Source of the DNA: Octopus sinensis
Taxonomy: Eukaryota
Length of the DNA stretch: 64,000 nt
Assembly (NCBI RefSeq): GCF_006345805.1
Contig: NC_043007.1
Span: 53,506,001 to 53,570,000 of the forward strand
Direction of reading: 5' to 3'
Positions 56,050 through 64,000 of the stretch are shown here, one piece after another. Positions within the stretch are counted from its first letter, which is position 1. The number at the start of each line of letters is the position of its first letter. A program made the translations under genes and the position numbers. The notes below the pieces were generated by a model. The model searched no databases. It saw nothing but the letters and a program-made list of their open reading frames with translations, and was not told the DNA's origin.

Positions 56050-59000
56050 TTCAATTGTAAAAAGTATTTTGTTGTTAGTGAATGTGATGTAAGGCTAATA
56101 AAAAAAAAAGGAGAGAGAATCTTGAGGTATACAGGACAGGTATCTATTTGTGTAAGTCCGACTAGTGCACAAAATGCAGAATATGGCAGTTGGTGCACGA
56201 CTGAGGCAGTGAGTGAGCATGCAAGGGAGTATACATGAGTATGAGAGAAAGTCCTGCAGCAGTGGAATAAGTTGAGGTGAGTGAGTGCGTACATCCATGA
56301 TGTAGCAAAAGTTTTCTTGTAGGATTACATTTTGTGTGAAAATGTCTTGAATGGTTGCAGAAGTGAAATGTGCTGTCATCGTAGGCATTTGCTAAGATTA
56401 ACCAGAATGTGGCATGCTGGTACATTGTGTAGGACAGACAATTATCTATTAACTTCATGACCAACCTGGGGTCGAACAGAGGCAAGTTATGTCTGACAGG
56501 GACACAGATAGCATGAGCTGACATCCAATGTATACAGAGTTGAAAAAATGAGCTGAGTGGGCAATCATGAGAAAATGACTCTAAAGGCATTATGTTTTGG
56601 TGCATGTGTGAAAGTGGGTGCAGGCAAGCAGGTTTGTGTGTGAATGTTGAGAAAAATTTTTGTTTTGCTTTACAAACAAAATACAGAGCAGTGCATAAAT
56701 GGGTTAGCATGCAAAGAAAGAAATTGCAGACATTCAAAAGGAGAACATTTAGCAGAAACCATGTAATAAAAACAGGTGAGTAATGTGTGTGCATGAAATG
56801 TGCAATGCCAGTGGCCAATGAAAAAAAATATAGAACATTCAAAAAGATATGCATATGAATTTAGTTGTTTTAGTAAAATGAGTCGTCGTTGAATTGAGTC
56901 ATCATGGAATTAAGTGTTACGTGTAAACAAATGAAGGTGTGCAGTGCAAACAAAAACAGAATGAAAATGACAAACTTGAATAGAAAATGTCCTGGTCCTG
57001 AAAAGCTAAAAAGTAGCATTTGAAATGCAAAAATATGTGAATGCAAAGAAAGTCTATGTACAAAAGTTCGTGTGACATGCAGGTTAAATGCAGGACTGCA
57101 TTCAAAAAGTCTGTGGCTGTGGAGAACGTTGCAAGTGCGGGTTTCCATATTTTCATCCCGGTAATTTTTGGTTGGAAGACTGTCAAAATGTTGCATTTTT
57201 TTATTGTAGAGGTTTCTTTCATGGCTGTGCAATGTAGTGGAGTGCATTCTGTGGCAGGTTGAAAGTGCATGGTGGGAGTCCACTGTGTCGGTGAGTTCTT
57301 TTCCTTTGAGTTGTGTGACAGTCGAAACAAAAACTGTGTATAGTGAAAGTTGTTATTCTTGTCTTCGATGTGACAAGCATGATGTGAAGGCTGTAATTCT
57401 TGAGCTTGGGTCATCAGAATGTTGCGATGAAATGGAAAATTTAACTGCAGAACAAAAAATTGTCTTCATTTTCCAAATGCAATTAAGTTGGTGAAGTAGA
57501 GGCAATCGTGTATTAGAACATCAGGAAGCATATACAGCAATGGCTGTTAGATGAAGGCTGTAGATCTTTTAGCTCAGGGTCACCAATTGTAGTGGGCTGG
57601 ATGAAAGATGTGATATCAGGTTGATATGATGTAGCCCACTATTAAAGGTAGCGTGTAGATGTAACACTTGAAGGTTCTCACGTCGGAGTAACCAGTAAAC
57701 ATCGAAGAATCAACACCAAGAAGAAAGAAATATTATTTACATACATTTATCCATTTGCCCAACAAGTAGTTAAAAAGACAATAGTAATTCTAGTAATAGT
57801 GTATGAAAAGGTAGGCTCGCTGGTTAGTAGTTGGTAGTATGGGTAGTGTGTAGAAGTTGTCAATCAGTAGAGAGTGAAAGAATAAGGAATGCATAGTGCT
57901 GACTAGAAAGGAAGAAAGGATAAAGGTGGCATCATCTTTCTTGCGGCCGAAAGCCTCTCTTCGCATGTTGGGTGAAGGGCGAATAGATGTGCTGCTCTTG
58001 GTCAAGGCTGATGCAAAAGCAGGTGCTGCTCTTTGGTCTGGATGACACAAAAGAGAGTGTTGCTCTTTGGTCTGGCTGACACAAAAATAGGCGCTGCTCC
58101 TTGGTCTGGCTGACATCAAAGAGGAACAGATAGGAAATTCTCTCTGTTATATAAACTGTTCAGTAATTTAGGTCAAACTCTAAACAAAGGACTGACCTTT
58201 CCATGACCAGCACAGATCCTAGGGGGTCAAGTGTTTCCTTGTCAATCATCTAGTGTGGAGAGGATTTCCCGCTTGTTTTGACAAGTAACGAGCGGGTATA
58301 TTTGGTTGCAAATCTCAGGCAGGGTCAAGCTAGATCCCTACACTCAGTATCTTGAGATCAACCTTCAATACTTTGTTCCATGTCATCCTGGGTCTCCCTC
58401 TTCCACACATTCCATCAACTTAAAGCAATCAGTTCTTCTTTATGCAACTATCCTCATCCATACACATCACATGACCAAACTAGCACAGCTGTTAAGTTCT
58501 GGCTAGAGGTTAGGTGAGTAGGGCTCTCATAGATATATCCCAGCTGGAAAGGAAAGATGTTATGAAAGGACCCATGAGAAAGGTGAACTATGCTTTTGCC
58601 TCTATACCACAAGCTATTTCAGCCCCCACCCCTTTCTGGATGATACCTCAACAAAAATAAGGATTGGTAGCAATGCCATCAGACTATTCTGTGACAAGGG
58701 AGTTGTTATCACCTGGATCAGAATATCAAGGTGGTGGCCAGGCTGCAAGGTGTTGAGGAAGTGGCAGGTCTCATGGCTTTGTATTTGGAGAGAAATGTGT
58801 TGGCACTGTACCTCTGAGTGGACAAACTGGACCAACTGGTCATGGAAAAGACTGAATGGCACTTAGAAGAAGCATTCGTAGAAAGTTTGTTTGCTGTTTG
58901 CCACAGTAGGAAAGAAGAGGTGGATGGGAGAGCAGATGGACGTGTATACAACAGAAATTCAAAGGTTGCCCACACTCTCTAGGTATATGGGTAAAGGCTT

Positions 59001-59365
59001 GGTAAAGGTGCTGCATCTGACATTTGTGAATGGTTTCCTTGAAGAGATATCAGTGTGGTTGCAACAGTTACTGGGTAGCGAGAAGATGTCCATGAGTAAA
59101 CTCATCACTCAAGCTTATGCACTGATGTGAAACACTGGGTAGAATGCAGTGGTGATAGCAGCTATGTTAGCCTATAGCATCAAGCAGTGGCCGACAAAAG
59201 GGGAGAGGATGTAAACAGCATTCCATTTTTGTGGCAATCACAGAGGATGAAATATTTGCCAAGGTGGATGGCAGACTTTGACATAGAGTGAGGTGATGGG
59301 GTGACCTTTGAGATCAGGAAGGGGGGGAGGGGAGCATGTGGGGCTGAGGTGAAGTATAGGGTCAG
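56050..59365 (-). mobile_element. Highly decayed CR1/L2-like LINE, interrupted by other insertions
   Basis: Minus-strand fragments: ILCDCHKNGMLF, ISVVYT and GHHLDILI (APE-like); AFRVIFS and RTYTNRYLSCIP (C-terminus-like). The similarities are weak. Confidence 0.4.
57849..58342. repeat. About 490-bp LTR-like repeat, copy 2
   Basis: Homologous along its length to 55518..55967 and carries one extra internal CCTTGGTCTGG unit. Confidence 0.7.
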
Positions 59366-59670
59366 TGTTGTGGAAGGATTCCGACCCACCTCTAAGTAAC
59401 TAAAGGTGCACTTATTGTTATAAATTAAAGAACTGTGAGTGATTGGTAGTTCGTGTTGGTAGCAATTCACTGAGTTGTGATATAGAGCATTGAGTCTTGT
59501 ATAATAGTAATAGTTGTGCGTCATGCATATACTGTCTTCCCCCTGCTTCATTATATTATATATCCAATACAAGGATATAAAAGTGGTGACGAGTTGTTCA
59601 AAGCTTGCGTTGGACATTTAAAACTTTTTTTGGGTACCAAACCAAAGTAAAAATCATTTAACATGGAGAA

Positions 59671-60382
59671 CTTATTACCATCTGTGGTACAGTTGCAGCA
59701 GCAGTAACTACAGCAACAGCAGCAGTAACTACAGCATCAGTAACTACAACAGCAACAACAAAACCAACAGTTGCCAGAATTAATGTTGAAGGAGTCTGAA
59801 AATACTTCAAGTTTGTACTTGTCAGACAGTGTAGCAAACTTAATTGGAGATTTCAAATACAAACCAGAAGGTACTACCTTCTCTGCATATTTTCGTAAAT
59901 ATGAAGAAATCTTCAAAGAAGAGTATAAAAGTTGGTCTGACAAGAAAAGTATGATTACTTTTAAGAATGTTATCCCCTGCCAAACATGAAAAATATAGTA
60001 ATTATATTCTGCTGAAGAAGCCAGGTGAGATTTATTTTGATGAAGCAATTTTTTATCGAAAATCTTCAGTGAAAGAAGTTCCCCATTCAATACTCACTGG
60101 CATTGTTTAAATTTGGTCAAAAAAGATGATGATTTTGTCACCTATGCTGGAGTGGTTAATAGAGAGTGTGAGATATTCAAATTGAATGAGTTGACCCTGG
60201 ACATGTTCAAATCTTTAATTTCTGTTCAAGGGCTTACTGCAAACAAAGATGCAGATATACATGCCTGGATATTTACAAGATTAGAACAGGAGCAAAAGAA
60301 TATCAGAGGATTATTAATCTATGACATGACACAAATAAAACTGAAGAGAAAGATTCTCAGATTCAAGCATTTCAACTGGTAA
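59671..60382 (+). pseudogene. Gypsy gag remnant with poly-Q N-terminus
   Basis: MENLLPSVVQLQQQ*...; LIGDFKYKPEGTTFSAYFRKYEEIF; CLNLVKKDDDFVTYAGVVNRECEIFKL..FKSLISVQGL. Confidence 0.7.
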
Positions 60383-60951
60383 TGAATAAGAAACAAGAGA
60401 AAAAATGTCAAGACTGAATTCATGTTATTTGTGTGGTGATCTACATTTTAAAAATAACTGTCCATTTAAAAATATAAAATGCTACAAGTGTGGTAAAATA
60501 GATCATAGAAAGTCGCATTGTAGAACAGAACATTAAAAAACAGTTCAACAGAAAAGATTCATGGAAAAAACAGCCACGAGAAATGAAATCCCTATGGAAG
60601 TATTGTACAACACGTTTGAGGCACCAGCCCCCAAACAATTTGAAACTACACATTCTAGCACCAAAAAACGGAAAAGAATGGAAAAATTTGAATTGAACAC
60701 TAAACATAAGAGATATTAAAACTCTGAGTAGAAGTCAATTCTCAAAAGGGAAGATGTGGAAGAATTCTGACTACTCCCCAAGTGAAAAAAGGTGAACCAA
60801 CTTATTGTTATAAATTAAAGAACTGTGAGCAATTAGTGGTTCGTGTTGGTAGCAGTTCACTGTGAGCCTGTGATACAGAGCGTTGAATCTCAGGCAATAG
60901 TAGTGCATCATGTATCTACTTTCTTCCCTCACCCACCTGCTTCGTTATATA

Positions 60952-61853
60952 TCTCTTATTATAAAAGGCAGATTTTATCTGCCTCCCTTTGTATCTTATA
61001 GAAATCTACAATATAGGATTTCTTCAATTACAATTTACCTAGCATTTTTAAGAGTAGAATGCATCGGGTCGTGCCAGGTCCAGTTTTTAAAATTTCAACC
61101 CCAATTAAGTAAAATTTAGAGAAAACTCACATTGTGGTGTCTAAGTCAAATGCTTTTCTTAGTGTGGCCTACACCACACGCACACACACAGTGTGCAACG
61201 AATAAAGTGAAAGTAATTCACTTTTTGTAGTGAGTGACTCTTTCACTCTGCCACTTCCTCTTTACACACATAGACACGCAAATATATAAATAAAATTGTA
61301 AGCTAACGTGTGTGTGTAAGGGTGCGTGAGTATGTGACAGGAAAGTTTTTTAGGACGAATATAAGACCTATATCCAAGTAGCAGAAAGATCGCCCAAAAG
61401 TGTATATAGATATTTAAATGTATTTATATATTCATCTATACACAGATGTATGTATAATGTGTGTGTATATATTTCCATAGAGGTAACCTTTCACTCCATA
61501 CAAAGTTTTTTAGGACGAATATAAGATCTAAAGTATATACAAATAGCAGAAAGATCGCCCAAAAGTGTATATAGATATTTAAATGTATTTATATATTCAT
61601 CTATACACAGATGTATGTATAATGTGTGTGTATATATTTCCATAGACGTAACCATTCACTCCGCATAAAGTTTTTTAGGACGAAATTAAGATCTAAAGTT
61701 ATCTCTAAGAAACAGAAAGATCGCCCAAAAGTGTATATAGATATTTAAATGTATTTATATATTCATCTATACACACATGTATGTATAATGTGCGTGTATA
61801 TATTTCTATAGAGGTAACCATTCAATCCATACAAAGTTTTTTAGGACGAAAAT
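60952..61853 (+). mobile_element. Helitron 1 (5' TC end, 3' end replaced by the next element)
   Basis: A|TCTCTTATTATAAAAGGCAG start; shares sequence with 13850..14317. Confidence 0.7.
61342..61850. repeat. About 165-bp minisatellite (about 3.1 copies) inside Helitron 1
   Basis: AAAGTTTTTTAGGACGAA starts at 61342, 61502, 61667 and 61833. Confidence 0.9.
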
Positions 61854-61854
61854 A

Positions 61855-62359
61855 TCTATATATATAAAACTCTAGTTGTGTGAGTGTCTGTCCCCTTCGA
61901 TTTAGATTCCTAACTCCTCCCACATTTTGCGGTGCAGTTTAACCAAATTCGGGTATCTTATAGTCGTGATTCATATCGAGCCCGTCTGACTATTAGCGCG
62001 CGTCAACAATGAGTCTACGATTTTAAAAATAATTTAACATCATTTTTTATTCCATTTTAATGCATAAAATGCATCGTGTGTCGATGGCGGCGGAGTTGGC
62101 GTCCACGCTCACAGCTGCACCTGTTTGCTTCTCCCCCTTCCCTCCCTCGTGAAGCTGTGGGAAGGGAGTGTAAAGAAATCAACGTCGTAATGCGTTGTGA
62201 AGGAAACCAGCGTTCTTTTAGAACAACGACTTCATGGCTTGAAGACACCAAAACAAAAATGGCTAAGAAAGCCCGAATTTATAAGGGAAGTAACTCTCTA
62301 AAAATGCTTATATAGTTATTTCCCTTACAAACCCGAGCAACGCCGGGCGATACTGCTAG
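61855..62359 (+). mobile_element. Helitron 2, non-autonomous
   Basis: A|TCTATATATATAAAAC ... CCCGAGCAACGCCGGGCGATACTGCTAG|T. Confidence 0.85.
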
Positions 62360-63205
62360 TTTATATATAAAAGAAAGGTTGTGTGTCTGTCTACTCCGAT
62401 TTAGATTCCTAACTACTCCCACATTTTGCGATGCAGTTTAACCAAAACCAGGTATCTTATAGTCGTGATTCATATCGAGCCCTTCTGGGTATTAGCGCGC
62501 GTCTACGATGAGTCTATGATTTTACAAATAATTTACCATCATTTTTTTCCATTTTAATGCATATTTTTTTTAATAAAGGGAAGTAACTCTCAAACTTCAC
62601 ACCAATATGCGTGCTCATATGCGACGTAATATCACATCAGCAGCATTTCCTCACACCCTCCTTGCACTTGGCGAAGGCAAAATACCAGGGGATGAAAATG
62701 GTAATATTGCCATCGATTCCATTTGTACCATTGTTAAGACGTCTTCTGATCTCAGAGATGCAGTGTTCTCAGATCTACAAGCTAATTATCAGAATATGGA
62801 TTGGATTGGCAAAAAGGCTATACTGGCCCCGAGGAATAAAACTGTTCACCATATTAATGATGAAATGCTAAAACTCATTCCTGGGGAAGTCTATGTATAT
62901 CAGTCTATCGATACAACTCCTGAACCAGAGGACGTCATCAACTATCCAATAGAGGTACTCAATTCCTTTGAGCACCCCGGACTACCACCACACTTTCTCA
63001 AACTTAAAGTTGGTGCCCCCTATAATGCTCATCAGAAATTTGGTTCCCCCAAAACAATGCAATGGCACACGTTTGATCGTTAAGTCCTTATCTCCCACCG
63101 TAAGCTTATATCAATATTTGCCTGAATAACCATCATAATTCAGTGCAATCATTAACAGTACTTTCAAGCAATTCAGCCCCGAGCAACGCCGGGCAATTCT
63201 GCTAG
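62360..63205 (+). mobile_element. Helitron 3 carrying a helicase fragment
   Basis: The 5' about 200 bp is homologous to Helitron 2. The 3' end is CCCCGAGCAACGCCGGGCAATTCTGCTAG|T. Confidence 0.85.
62607..63083 (+). pseudogene. Helitron PIF1-like helicase C-terminal fragment
   Basis: LLALGEGKI...AILAPRNKTVHHINDEMLKLIPGEVYVYQSID...YPIEVLNSFEHPGLPPHFLKLKVGAP. The shifted frame continues MLIRNL.PPKLCNGTRLIV. Confidence 0.88.
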
Positions 63206-63743
63206 TAAAGATATAAAAGTCAGTAATGTCATGTAAATGGTCAAGGGGCTTTGTTAGAAGAGGAGGAATAAGGGAGATCATGCGAGTGGAAGGACAACTA
63301 GTATGGGATCTTTAGCTTTGGGTCTGTCACTCAGGATAGATGTATTGGTGGCATGAGTCGAGGGAATTTTCTGTTAGGTTCTGGCCAGAAGTTAGACGAG
63401 TAGGGCTTCTATGGATATGTCCCGACCCACAAGGTAGATGAAGTATGCTCCCCACCCCCATAGACATACAGAATTAAAAAGTACAGAAATATATCAGCAG
63501 TAGCTGAAAAATCATTCTGCAGCAATAGTAGCATTGCTAAATATGTATTTCTACTTCTTTGAGCTTCATTAGTAGCAAGTATCAACTAGCACAGCATGCT
63601 AGGGGAAAATCATCCACTACTAATATAATTAAACAGTGAATGAAAAAAGTCACTGATGTCAAAATTAGCTGGCTGCTAAATGCTCTTGAGATGAATACCC
63701 TACTTTAGCAGGCTTTCAATGATATATCTGCTTAAAGTGACTG

Positions 63744-63774
<31 letters not shown>

Positions 63775-64000
63775 CAAACATCACAATCAAGGAACGGCCA
63801 TAATAGGCCATTCACCCACTAGAAATAACAGCCAAAGCTTCAACCGCAAAATAACATTAATTCCGTAAACCAGGAGAAAATTAAAAAACATTTACCCTGT
63901 AATTTCTTATACGATGCACCGTTTCATCTACTGTTTAATGGTAAACTAACCTGATTAAATTAAATCAAGCCAATCTTCCATAGGCCCTTAGAATCGTCAG

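Larger units (their letters stand above)
59366..63218 (+). mobile_element. Internally deleted Gypsy (Mag-like) LTR retrotransposon with GTCAG TSD
   Basis: 5' LTR 59366..59582; PBS TGGTGACGAG at 59584; gag remnant; integrase-tail-like STKKRKRMEKFELNTKHKRY*; PPT AAAAGGGAAGA at 60744..60754. The 3' LTR starts at 60755, is split by Helitrons at 60952..63205 and ends at 63218. GTCAG occurs at 59361..59365 and 63219..63223. Confidence 0.8.

Noticed and set aside
56162-57494. Long ORFs 56162..56854 and 56917..57414 as host genes
   Set aside because: No recognisable domain. The composition fits a decayed LINE read in shifted frames.
59671-59770. Poly-glutamine host gene exon
   Set aside because: It has in-frame TAA stops, follows a PBS, and leads into Gypsy gag sequence.
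61342-61850. CRISPR-like array
   Set aside because: The whole 165-bp unit is repeated with no unique spacers, there are no cas genes, and the context is eukaryotic.

Overview
AT-rich, repeat-saturated eukaryotic (metazoan) genomic DNA. The SINE heads, (GAT)n-tailed RTE LINEs and (TA)n/(CA)n microsatellites look like Octopus/cephalopod DNA, but this is pattern recognition, not a database result. Only one intact host-type gene is visible: an intronless 2-aminoethylphosphonate-pyruvate transaminase (PhnW/AEPT-like, 36145..37401, +) with a mitochondrial-presequence-like N-terminus. A foldback element carrying a sense-strand hammerhead-ribozyme motif lies about 0.55 kb downstream of it. The rest is a nested mosaic of transposons. 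These include a near-full-length Tx1/L1 LINE inserted into a Penelope-like element (PLE), several other PLEs (two with inverted pseudo-LTRs, one with a hammerhead remnant), many RTE LINEs and their 3' ends, and decayed RLE-type (R4/Dong-like, HERO/NeSL-like) and CR1/L2-like LINEs. There is also a complete Chapaev3-type DNA transposon (CAC..GTG ends, TAA TSD), a deleted Gypsy/Mag LTR element (GTCAG TSD) whose 3' LTR holds three stacked Helitrons, tRNA-head SINEs, long palindromes, and a 69-bp coding-like array with 23-aa STPR-like repeats. I found no rRNA, genuine tRNA gene or CRISPR array.
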